Assembly: GCA_035556215.1 (NCBI GenBank) | Contig: DATMFI010000007.1 | Location: forward strand, 139,102 to 203,101 | Origin: Xanthobacteraceae bacterium | GTDB lineage: Bacteria > Pseudomonadota > Alphaproteobacteria > Rhizobiales > Xanthobacteraceae | Direction of reading: 5' to 3' | DNA length: 64,000 nt | Shown here: piece by piece, positions 17,195 through 26,967 of the stretch | Layout of the letters: every line of letters starts with the position of its first letter | Position numbering within the stretch: position 1 is the first letter of the stretch | Notes under the pieces: model-generated | Database searches by the model: none | What the model was told of the DNA's origin: nothing | What the model saw: only the letters and a program-made list of their open reading frames with translations | Program-made: the position numbers and the translations under genes

Positions 17195-17575
17195 TCATAG
17201 ATATTTGCACTTCTGCAGGAAATAGGGGCTCACCGCGCCTGTCATCGTTTTATTCACGGTGAGACGGCCGATCACCTTTTTATCCTGCATGAGCGAGGGC
17301 GGCTTCCGTGCGTATGGATTGAACGGCGACAGGCCGGAATATTCGCCGCCGTATTGGCCGTATTCGTTCCAGATGCTGGTCGACGAATATTTGCTGCCGT
17401 AGTTGCCGTATTTGTTCAGAATGGATTCGGGATCGAGGGTGCCCGAAACCTTGCCGAGATAACGGCCGTCATCGGCCACGATTTTCGCGCCGGTGTATGT
17501 CGAGCAAAGTTGCTCCGCTTGTGCCGGCGCAATCGCCGCGAGTGAAAGAAAGACTGCGAGGATTGGGGCCCGCAT
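17195..17575 (-). CDS. secreted protein with YG/YS-rich internal duplication
   Basis: 126 aa. Signal peptide MRAPILAVFLSLAAIAPAQA. Contains NKYGNYGSKYSSTSIWN / NEYGQYGGEYSGLSPFN. Confidence 0.6.
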   Translation of the reverse strand: MRAPILAVFLSLAAIAPAQAEQLCSTYTGAKIVADDGRYLGKVSGTLDPESILNKYGNYGSKYSSTSIWNEYGQYGGEYSGLSPFNPYARKPPSLMQDKKVIGRLTVNKTMTGAVSPYFLQKCKYL

Positions 17576-17711
17576 TCCGCTCCTCCTGTGCCGTGCCGCC
17601 CTCCGCCCGTTGCCATGGGCGAAGCTTCCGGCAGCGATCCGGCATTTTGGGGGCGATAATATGCGGTGTGGTGACGCGCTCGATGCAGGCGAGCGGCGGA
17701 TCTGCGCGGCG

Positions 17712-17915
17712 TTACTTTTTCGTCGCCAGCTCGTCGCGCAGTTTCAGCAATCGGTCGAGCTCTTCCTGCTGCTGCGCGATGCGGTCGGCGTTGCGGTCTT
17801 CGTCACCGGCGCCCGATTGCGCCGCCGCCTGCTCGGTGATCTGGCGGATATTGTCGCGCACAATCGCGATCTGCTTGTCGAGTTCGGGCAGGGTGACGTA
17901 TTGCTCGCTGCTCAT
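17712..17915 (-). CDS. 67-aa coiled-coil hypothetical protein
   Basis: ORF only. Charged helical sequence with a weak SD. Confidence 0.45.
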   Translation of the reverse strand: MSSEQYVTLPELDKQIAIVRDNIRQITEQAAAQSGAGDEDRNADRIAQQQEELDRLLKLRDELATKK

Positions 17916-17942
17916 GACGCCATCTCTGGCGCTATCTTCGCG

Positions 17943-18560
17943 TCAGGGCTTTCGCGCTGTCAACCCGATGATCGCCGACATGCCGGAGTGGCCGGGGCCT
18001 TCCTGGATCTCGCGTTCTTCCTCGACGATCTTCACATCCTTGAAGCCGCCCCAGGCGCGCTCGAGCAATTCGCGCGTATAGAGCTGCTCGACATTCTTCG
18101 GCCCGCCGGTGGCGAATTGGAGCTGCTTCGGCGTATAGCCCTGGATGATGAGGAGGCCGCCGCGCTTGAGCGCGCGGCGCATACCGGCCCACTTCTTCGG
18201 GCGTTTGTCCGGCGTGCTGAACTGGGTGAAGATTTCGGCGACGACGTCGAAGGTTTCTTCGGGATAATTCCATTCGTGCGCGTCGGCTTCGATGAAGTTG
18301 ACGCTGACATTGTGCTCGGCCGCGAGCTTGCGGCCTTTGGCCTGCGCCGATGGCGAGAAATCGGTCGAGGTGACTTCAAGCCCTTGCCGCGCGAGCCAGA
18401 CGCCGTTTCGCCCTTCGCCATCGGCGACCGCGAGCACTTTGCCGTGCTTCGGCAGAAGCGGCTTGCAGCGCACGAGAAATTCGTTCGGCTCCTTGCCGAA
18501 GCGAAATTCCTCCGAAGCGAAGCGCGCTTCCCAGTGATCGAGGTCGGGGTTGCTGGACAT
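17943..18560 (-). CDS. class I SAM-dependent methyltransferase
   Basis: Internal ATG at 18560 after a GGAGAA SD. VLAVADGEGRNGVWLA motif I. The track's longer N-terminus runs through an intergenic repeat. Confidence 0.8.
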   Translation of the reverse strand: MSSNPDLDHWEARFASEEFRFGKEPNEFLVRCKPLLPKHGKVLAVADGEGRNGVWLARQGLEVTSTDFSPSAQAKGRKLAAEHNVSVNFIEADAHEWNYPEETFDVVAEIFTQFSTPDKRPKKWAGMRRALKRGGLLIIQGYTPKQLQFATGGPKNVEQLYTRELLERAWGGFKDVKIVEEEREIQEGPGHSGMSAIIGLTARKP

Positions 18561-18695
18561 TTTTCTTCTCCGCCAGAGAAAATTTCCAATCGCGCCTTGA
18601 AGTAACACTCTCTTCAGATTCGATTCGGGAAAAATTCGCGGTGCCGATTCGTTCTTTTGAGAACAGACGTGAACCTTGTGCCGTTCCGGGACGAA

Positions 18696-18748
18696 TAGAG
18701 CATGATCCCGAAAAGTGCGAAGCGGTTTTCGGAAAAGATCATGCTCAA
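18696..18748. repeat. palindromic intergenic repeat, copy 2
   Basis: agagcatgatcccgaaaagtgcgaagcggttttcggaaaagatcatgctca. The arms GAGCATGATC / GATCATGCTC are perfect inverted repeats. Confidence 0.8.
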
Positions 18749-18806
18749 TCAAATAGGTTAGCGACGAGTCTGATTCAACGCAGTTGCATTAGACTCGGGA
18801 ACGCCC

Positions 18807-19322
18807 TCACTTCACCGGCACGACATCCTTCGCGCCCTTGGCGCCCATATAGACCGCGAGCAGCCGCACCGGCTCGGTGCCGTTGTTGACGCTGAAGTGG
18901 GCGACGTTCATCGCCTCCATCAGCGAGTCACCCTTCTTGTAGGTGCGCGTGCCGTGCTTGCCGTAATCGACGGTGAGTTCGCCCTCGAGGATGTAAGCGA
19001 ACAGCGGCACGCCGTGCTTGTGCAGGATCGACTTGCCGCCGGGCTCGAGCGTGAAGATCGCCGCGGTGACATGTGCTTCGCCGGTGCGCGGATAGCGGAT
19101 GGTTTCGCCGACGATCGTCTTGCCGGTCGAGAGCAGCGGCACGGCCGGATAGCCGCCGGTTTGTGCGGGCGGTGTTGCGGGTTGCGTGGGCGCGGCCTGC
19201 GGCTTCGCGGCCTCCGCGCCGACATCGCGGGCGAGGGCGTGGGGTGTGAGGGCGAGAGCGGTGAGAGCGGCGAGGGCGGTGTTGCGGATGCGACTCAATG
19301 AGAGAGAAGGGAGAAAATTCAT
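18807..19322 (-). CDS. exported cupin-domain protein
   Basis: 171 aa. Signal peptide, Pro/Ala/Thr/Gln-rich linker, then a cupin core (LEPGGKSILHKHGVPLFAYILEGEL). Confidence 0.75.
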   Translation of the reverse strand: MNFLPSLSLSRIRNTALAALTALALTPHALARDVGAEAAKPQAAPTQPATPPAQTGGYPAVPLLSTGKTIVGETIRYPRTGEAHVTAAIFTLEPGGKSILHKHGVPLFAYILEGELTVDYGKHGTRTYKKGDSLMEAMNVAHFSVNNGTEPVRLLAVYMGAKGAKDVVPVK

Positions 19323-19343
19323 GATGGATGGCCCTTCGATAGC

Positions 19344-19442
19344 AGCGGCTTGCGGCGCACTAGAAATTCGTTTCGGCTTCTAGCCGAAACTCCTCCGAAG
19401 CGAGCGGGATTACCAGTGATCGATGTCGGGGTTGCGGGGCAC
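19344..19442 (-). pseudogene. degenerate duplicate of the 5' end of the methyltransferase gene
   Basis: Aligns with gaps to 18457-18560 (shared agcggcttgc.gcgcac.agaaattcgtt...cctccgaagcga...cagtgatcga.gtcggggttgc). On the minus strand it reads VPRNPDIDHW followed by in-frame stops. Confidence 0.7.
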
Positions 19443-19553
19443 GTGTTGCCTATGTCCGCAATATTCTATCTGTCACGTTTCCGTGCTGGGAGGTACTGCT
19501 TACCCGGTAATCAGGAGTGATTTGTAGAATTCGAGGAATGAATCCTCTGCTCT

Positions 19554-20240
19554 CTAGTGAAAGTTTTTTGTATTCGTAGCTAAACTCGTTTCGCCTGAAG
19601 CTTCTTTCGCCGCATTAAGCAGCTGTGTCGCGAGCATTCCTTCCAACATTTCTTCTAAGTCGCCCACATTAATTTCCCCTGATTTCAAATTTGAATCAGC
19701 GGCTTCAAGAGCATGATAGTAAGGCTCTTTATTTCCAGCAATCTGTTCGGGGATAGAAGGCGATCCTGGAAGTAGGCTATCGAGCTTTGCGCTCAAAACG
19801 ACATATGCCACGGCGCGGGCCGTGCGTCCATTCCCATCTGAGAACGGGTGAATCCAGTTTAGCTTCCATAAAACGTAAGCGCATAAATGCACGGCGGATT
19901 TGCTGGACCAGTTTTCATTTACATAATCGCACATCAATTCTATTTCCTCCGAAACGAAGGCCGCTTCGGGAGGTTGATGTGCGCTGCCGCCTATTTTTAC
20001 GGATGTATTGCGCCAAGTTCCTGCTAGTGGGTGAAGTCCGTCAAGAGCTGCTTGATGAAGTTGTAGTATTAAACTTGAGCGAAGCCGAAATGGACGACCT
20101 TCGTCTTTCACATATGATCTTATGATCTCCAAAGCCAAATTAAATTGGCGAAGACCATTTTCGGCTTCACGACGAGCAATTTCTTCTGGATCTGTAAGAA
20201 CAGCTGCAGTTTCGGCGATGCTGTGTCTATCTTGAGCCAA
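19554..20240 (-). CDS. Fic/DOC family protein (putative AMPylating toxin)
   Basis: 228 aa. Canonical Fic motif HPFSDGNGRTAR. AT-richer than its surroundings. Confidence 0.9.
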   Translation of the reverse strand: MAQDRHSIAETAAVLTDPEEIARREAENGLRQFNLALEIIRSYVKDEGRPFRLRSSLILQLHQAALDGLHPLAGTWRNTSVKIGGSAHQPPEAAFVSEEIELMCDYVNENWSSKSAVHLCAYVLWKLNWIHPFSDGNGRTARAVAYVVLSAKLDSLLPGSPSIPEQIAGNKEPYYHALEAADSNLKSGEINVGDLEEMLEGMLATQLLNAAKEASGETSLATNTKNFH

Positions 20241-20245
20241 GATAA

Positions 20246-20440
20246 TTACTTGCGTTGGGCTTCTAACTTTGCATCCAGATCGGCAACCATTTCGCGAGTG
20301 ATACGCTCATTCTCAATGTGAGTGTTGCCATATGCAAAGCTGCGCCGTTGTTCGCGCAACTGTTCCGGGGTCATTTCGATTTTCCGTGCTCGATCGACGA
20401 GTTCTTGCAGTTCTCGTGTCATCGATAGGTTCCTCTTCAA
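20246..20440 (-). CDS. small protein upstream of Fic, putative class-I Fic antitoxin (VbhA/FicA-like)
   Basis: 64 aa, stopping 5 nt before the Fic start. Helical, and contains NTHIEN, which resembles the inhibitory [S/T]xxxE[G/N] motif except for the first residue. Confidence 0.55.
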   Translation of the reverse strand: MKRNLSMTRELQELVDRARKIEMTPEQLREQRRSFAYGNTHIENERITREMVADLDAKLEAQRK

Positions 20441-20544
20441 AGAATCAATATAGGAACGGTAGAGGTTCTCGTAAAGTTCCTAATTTGGCCTGAACATTGG
20501 CTTTTAGCCGAAAACAGTGATGATTTCAGGTGGCTTGAAACGCC

Positions 20545-20627
20545 TTATTACTCTCCTCCACCGCGTCGGCATCCACATACACTTCATCACCGAGCCTTTT
20601 GAATTTCTCGCTCATCTCGGCCATGCC
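20545..20627 (-). pseudogene. diverged duplicate of the thiC 3' end
   Basis: 83-nt ungapped match to 20701-20783 with 8 mismatches by my count. Encodes [27 protein letters not shown] versus the authentic [27 protein letters not shown]. Confidence 0.8.
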
Positions 20628-20690
20628 GCGTTCGGCATCATCCTTTGAGACGCGGCCTTTGGCCGTTCCTCAGGATGAGGCCGTATTGCG

Positions 20691-22586
<1,896 letters not shown>

Positions 22587-23048
22587 TCACCTTTTGCGTT
22601 TTGAGGCGCTCTGCTTTGGAGCGGAATGTTTCGCGGCTGCGGCACGGCGGGCGCGAAGTGCGTGGGCGAGGTAGCCTTCGTAAAAGAGCCACAGGCCAAA
22701 ACCAAGCATGATGAGGCCCGGTATGCCCGGCCAGATATCAAGGCCGACGATCGCGGTACCCATGATCTGGCCTTCCTGCGGAACGAGAATGCGGACTGCG
22801 CCGCCGATCACGGCGAGCCAGCCGAGCACGGTGATGATCACCGGCCATTTCCATTCCCAGATATTGTGCAGGTTGACGATGGCAAGGCCCGAGAAGAGCG
22901 CAATGACGCCGGCGACGTAAATCAGCGCGTAGCTGACCAGAAACTGTTCTGCCATGTAGCGGTAGGTGTCGGAATTAAAAATGAGCGCAATGCCGACCGT
23001 AATCAAAACGGGGCCGATCAAACGTGCTAAAAAAATAGAGCGTTGCAT
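22587..23048 (-). CDS. uncharacterised 4-TM membrane protein, first gene of the TPP-riboswitch-controlled unit
   Basis: 153 aa with four hydrophobic helices and a basic C-tail. 3-nt gap to the thiC start. The riboswitch ends at its SD. Confidence 0.7.
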   Translation of the reverse strand: MQRSIFLARLIGPVLITVGIALIFNSDTYRYMAEQFLVSYALIYVAGVIALFSGLAIVNLHNIWEWKWPVIITVLGWLAVIGGAVRILVPQEGQIMGTAIVGLDIWPGIPGLIMLGFGLWLFYEGYLAHALRARRAAAAKHSAPKQSASKRKR

Positions 23049-23052
23049 GTCC

Positions 23053-23145
23053 CTGTCCCTTCGCCGGCATGACCCGGATCAGGTTCGGAGGGTCACCACT
23101 CTGGGTATCTCAGCCCGGGCCGACAGCCGGGCACCCCTCGGAACT
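23053..23145 (-). promoter_or_regulatory. TPP (THI-box) riboswitch
   Basis: The minus strand reads GGGGUGCCCGGCUGUCGGCCCGGGCUGAGAUACCC...CCGAACCUGAUCCGGGUCAUGCCGGCGAAGGGACAGGGAC-AUG. This carries the conserved CUGAGA and ACCUGAUCNGG..AUGCCNGCG blocks. Confidence 0.92.
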
Positions 23146-23203
23146 GGGACAATCTGGACCTTTCGGCCCGCAGATTCAATGGGGAATCAAGACGTGCGGG
23201 AGA

Positions 23204-23788
23204 TCACAACAAGGAAGTTGTGGCGGCGCGGGACGAGGCGCGGATAAGGCCGTCTATTTCCTTCGGCGGCACCACATGCGGAAGGAACATGCGGACAGCG
23301 CCGTAGGGAAGGCCAATCAGCGCAAGGGTTAGCTTGTCGCGGCCGCGCGGATCCGTGGATAGGAGGCGTTTGGCGGCATCGGCAATCGACTGGAGAACTT
23401 CGGATGTTTGTTGCGCGGCCCGGTTGCGGCTTTCCTCCGGCGCATCGTCCAGAAAGTCGTCGCGGCGGTGGGTGAAGAGGATGACGCCGCCGGCATGGTT
23501 GTCGCGGGCGAATTGCGGCGTGACGAGCGCGGCCTGCAAGGCATCTTCAAGCGTTTTGGCCTGGGCGAGGACGGCGCGGAAGCGAAGGCCAAAGGCCGCC
23601 GCGCTCTCGATCCAGGCTTCGGCGAGCAGCGCGCCCTTCGAGGGGTAGCGGTGATAGACCGAGCCGACCGGGGCGCCTGCCTCTTTGGCGATCAGGGCGA
23701 GCGTTGTCTGGGCAGGGCCGAGGCGGGCCGCGACGCGCGTTGCGGCGGCGATCAGATCGCGGTCGGTGAAGCGGGCGGGGCGTCCCAT
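23204..23788 (-). CDS. TetR/AcrR family transcriptional regulator
   Basis: 194 aa. N-terminal HTH TLALIAKEAGAPVGSVYHRYPSKGALL. Confidence 0.85.
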   Translation of the reverse strand: MGRPARFTDRDLIAAATRVAARLGPAQTTLALIAKEAGAPVGSVYHRYPSKGALLAEAWIESAAAFGLRFRAVLAQAKTLEDALQAALVTPQFARDNHAGGVILFTHRRDDFLDDAPEESRNRAAQQTSEVLQSIADAAKRLLSTDPRGRDKLTLALIGLPYGAVRMFLPHVVPPKEIDGLIRASSRAATTSLL

Positions 23789-24190
23789 CCGGGCCTCCGG
23801 AAATTAGTGCGTGCGTTCCAATTGCAAATGCGCAATCAAATCAGCGCTTTTGTTACGCCGCCCATTGTGAAGCCAAGATTCTAATATTCGATTGATTTTC
23901 CGATCGCGGTTTTCCGCGCCTTAAATTCGATTTTCATTCTTTATTAAATTCCCCGTTCTAGATTTCGCATTCCAATAGCCCGCAAATTCGCGCCTGCCGC
24001 TTCGGCATGTTTTTGCATTGGCACGCTCTTCGCAAGCAATCGGCAGGGCCCAGGCTCGGGCCTCAAGCCTCAAGCCCAGGGTTAAAATCTCTGGTGAACA
24101 GCGGAACCAACGTCTGCATGCTTGTTTGGTGTAGACCGCAACGCCGACGCCAGCGACGCGAAGTCAGAAAACGGAAGCACAAGGAACGAG

Positions 24191-24490
24191 ATGATGGCCG
24201 TCGTAACCAGCCCATTTGTATTGCTGCCTGCGGTGGTGGGGCTGTTCGCCCTCACGCAAGCCGTGGGTGACGCCGCCTTAAAGGTCGACGATCAAGGATC
24301 TTCGCAAGCGATCTCGGATGTGACCGGCAGCCTGCCTGCCGATGCCGCGCTGCCGGCGCCTGGCGCCGGCCCCGAGGAGATGCAAACCGATGCGCCCGCA
24401 ATCGGGGAAACGTTCAGCTGCCTGCAATTGCAGATCATCGACGAGGTCGAACTGATCGCCGATATGCCGGCAGGCACCGACTGTAACTAG
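24191..24490 (+). CDS. hypothetical exported acidic protein
   Basis: ATG at 24191 after AAGGAA. Hydrophobic N-terminus MMAVVTSPFVLLPAVVGLFALTQA. 99 aa. Confidence 0.4.
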   Translation: MMAVVTSPFVLLPAVVGLFALTQAVGDAALKVDDQGSSQAISDVTGSLPADAALPAPGAGPEEMQTDAPAIGETFSCLQLQIIDEVELIADMPAGTDCN

Positions 24491-24579
24491 GATCGCCGCG
24501 CTTCAGAACGGCCAAGAGCAGGGGAACCGGCAAGGCCGCCCCGCGTTAGGTTTTCCGGGTATGGGCCGGAGGAACCGCC

Positions 24580-24678
24580 ATGTGGCCAGCGGCACGGCAA
24601 GGCATCGATCAAACCATGCTGCTTGCAGCCTCGGTGTTTCTGGGCCTCATCCTCGGCGCCATTTATCCCCTGCTTTAG
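24580..24678 (+). CDS. 32-aa single-TM micro-ORF ([32 protein letters not shown])
   Basis: ATG at 24580 preceded by GGAGGAA with a 5-nt spacer. Too short for the ORF track. Lies 70 nt upstream of thyA. Confidence 0.3.
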   Translation: MWPAARQGIDQTMLLAASVFLGLILGAIYPLL

Positions 24679-24748
24679 CCCTGCGGCCCCCTCTGGCAGC
24701 CGGGGGTTGTTGCCGTATAGCCTGCGGCCAGGAATCAGGCAGCGGCTC

Positions 24749-25543
24749 ATGTACCAATATCTCGACCTCCTGAAGCGCATTCTCGACACCGGCGCCCGCA
24801 AGGAAGACCGCACCGGCACCGGCACGCTCTCGGTGTTCGGCCATCAAATGCGTTTCGACCTCGCTGAGGGTTTCCCGCTCGTCACCACCAAGAAGCTGCA
24901 CACCAAGTCGATCGTGCACGAGCTGTTGTGGTTCCTCGCGGGTGACACCAATGTGAAGTATTTGCAGGACAACGGCGTCACGATCTGGGACGAGTGGGCG
25001 GACAAGCACGGCGAACTCGGCCCGGTCTATGGCAAGCAATGGCGCTCATGGTCCGCGCCTGACGGCGGCGTCATCGACCAGATGCGCGGCGTTGTCGAGG
25101 ACATCAAGCGCAACCCGGATTCGCGGCGGCTGATCGTCAGCGCGTGGAACCCGGCGGATCTGCCGAAAATGGCGCTCGCGCCGTGCCATGCCCTGTTTCA
25201 GTTTTATGTCGCGAACGGGCGGCTTTCCTGCCAGCTCTATCAACGCTCGGCCGATGTGTTTCTCGGCGTGCCGTTCAATATCGCGTCCTATGCGCTGCTG
25301 ACGCATATGGTCGCACATGTCACCGGCCTTCAGCCGGGCGACTTCGTGCACACGCTGGGAGACGCGCATTTATACCGCAATCACCTGGCGCAGGCCCGGC
25401 TACAGCTCACCCGCAAGCCGCACCCGCTACCGCAATTGAAACTCAATCCTGACGTAAAAGACCTGTTCGCTTTCCGTTACGAGGACATCGCCATCGAGAA
25501 TTATGTTGCCGATGCACCGATCAAGGCCGACATCGCCGTTTGA
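24749..25543 (+). CDS. thyA: thymidylate synthase (ThyA type)
   Basis: 264 aa from the internal [18 protein letters not shown]...DRTGTGT and [12 protein letters not shown] active-site region. Confidence 0.97.
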   Translation: MYQYLDLLKRILDTGARKEDRTGTGTLSVFGHQMRFDLAEGFPLVTTKKLHTKSIVHELLWFLAGDTNVKYLQDNGVTIWDEWADKHGELGPVYGKQWRSWSAPDGGVIDQMRGVVEDIKRNPDSRRLIVSAWNPADLPKMALAPCHALFQFYVANGRLSCQLYQRSADVFLGVPFNIASYALLTHMVAHVTGLQPGDFVHTLGDAHLYRNHLAQARLQLTRKPHPLPQLKLNPDVKDLFAFRYEDIAIENYVADAPIKADIAV

Positions 25544-25609
25544 AAACGGCGGACCGCGGCTGCGGCTCGATCGAGATTCGGACGGAATATCTGGACAGGA
25601 GATTCGCAG

Positions 25610-26122
25610 ATGAAGTTCGTTCACGGGCTGCTGAGTGCGTTCCTGCTGATGAATTTTGCGATGCTGCCGGCACCTGCGCGCGCCGACGCCGAAGCGCAGA
25701 AATTCCTGGAAGCGATCTACAAGCAATATGTCGGACAGAATACGCCGGGCGTTGCGCTCGGCAGTAACGACGTTCTGTTCAACTACTTCACGCCGGAGCT
25801 TGCCGCGCTGATCGCGGCCGACGCCGACCAGGCGCAGAAGAACGATGAAGTGCCGGCGCTCGACGGCGATCCGTTCGTCGGCGCGCAGGACTGGGACATC
25901 AAGGATGTGAGCGTCACGGTGAAGGACATTGGGCCGGGCAAGGCCCTTGGCCTCGCGACCTTCACCAATATGGGCGAGAAGCAGGCTGTCGAACTCGATC
26001 TCAAGAAGCTGCCGCAAGGCTGGCGGATCGACGAGATTCGCTGGCCCGATGCGAGCCTGCGCGGCATTCTGAAAGGCGAGGAAATGCCCGCGGGCGAACC
26101 CGAAGAAACGCGCAAGCTCTAG
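25610..26122 (+). CDS. exported protein (resembles DUF3828)
   Basis: 170 aa. Signal peptide ...APARA. DGDPFVGAQDWD motif. Confidence 0.5.
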   Translation: MKFVHGLLSAFLLMNFAMLPAPARADAEAQKFLEAIYKQYVGQNTPGVALGSNDVLFNYFTPELAALIAADADQAQKNDEVPALDGDPFVGAQDWDIKDVSVTVKDIGPGKALGLATFTNMGEKQAVELDLKKLPQGWRIDEIRWPDASLRGILKGEEMPAGEPEETRKL

Positions 26123-26153
26123 AAATCTGGAAATCGCGTAAGCTTCAAAAACA

Positions 26154-26177
26154 ATGCCCGGCCGAAAGGCCGGGCAT
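26154..26177. terminator. GC-rich hairpin terminator between convergent genes
   Basis: ATGCCCGGCC-gaaa-GGCCGGGCAT. A T-run is present on the minus-strand side (tgttttt). Confidence 0.7.
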
Positions 26178-26200
26178 CCGCATTTCAGGCTGCGCGAAGT

Positions 26201-26851
26201 TCAGAGCTGTTCGCCTTCATCGCTGTCATCGTCGCCGTTATCGCTGGTGCCGTTGCTGCCCTGACGGTCGCGGCGCGTGCGGTAATCGCCGTCGCGGTCG
26301 CGCCAGTGATGACGATCGCGCCATTCGGAGAAGCGCTCCATGGCGCGCTCGCGCATATGCTGGCTCATCCGCTCGTGCATGCCGTGGCGGACGAGCTTTT
26401 CGAGACGCCGCTTCTGCGAATCGTCGAGGGTGGCATAGAGCGGCTGCGCGGCATCGGCGAGACGCTTCAGATCGTTGCCGGTCTCGGTCATGAACTCGGC
26501 GCCCTTGCGCAACCGCGCTATCGCGTCGGGCTTTGGCGCGTCTTTATTCTCGCGCATGGCGCGGCGCTCCTCGCGGCGCTGCTCCCAGCGCGCTTCGTGT
26601 TTTTGCGCGATGTCCTTGAGCACGCTCTCGACCGGAGGCCAGAGTTTTTCCTGTTCGGGGGTAAGTCCCAGCCGGGCATGCAGCGCCGCGACACGCGCGG
26701 CGACAAAGGCGGCGCGATCGGCCGCGGAGGGTTTCCATTGATCCTCGGCGGCAGTTTTCTCGGACTTCGCCGGCTGCTGGGCGACGGCATAGGTCGCGGC
26801 CGAGCCGGCGAGAATCGCGGCAGTGGTCAAGGCAAGCACGGATTTCTTCAT
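26201..26851 (-). CDS. Spy/CpxP-family periplasmic chaperone-like protein
   Basis: Internal ATG at 26851 after AGGAGG. Signal peptide, LTPEQ/LDDSQ (LTxxQ-like) repeats and a His/Arg/Asp-rich tail. 216 aa. Confidence 0.65.
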   Translation of the reverse strand: MKKSVLALTTAAILAGSAATYAVAQQPAKSEKTAAEDQWKPSAADRAAFVAARVAALHARLGLTPEQEKLWPPVESVLKDIAQKHEARWEQRREERRAMRENKDAPKPDAIARLRKGAEFMTETGNDLKRLADAAQPLYATLDDSQKRRLEKLVRHGMHERMSQHMRERAMERFSEWRDRHHWRDRDGDYRTRRDRQGSNGTSDNGDDDSDEGEQL

Positions 26852-26967
26852 TAAAGCCTCCTGACGGGAGGGCGCGCAACAACGCGCCCGCATGGGCAAA
26901 GCTAAATTCGCCAATGCGGCTTTAGTTCGGTGTGTAAAGTGACAGTTTGGTAATTTGGAACGCCGGA

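Noticed and set aside
17943-18752. Long N-terminal extensions of track ORFs: methyltransferase (to 18752), CpxP-like (26201-27202), miaA (33564-34997), thyA (24623), degP (31561)
   Set aside because: The extensions cross intergenic repeats, divergent gene starts or Arg-rich junk. Internal ATGs with good SDs coincide with the start of homology or the signal peptides.
24491-24748. Riboswitch (e.g. ZTP/pfl or folate-type) in the thyA leader
   Set aside because: I could not find the conserved blocks (e.g. CCGCCUGGGCA for ZTP). Only a micro-ORF stands out.
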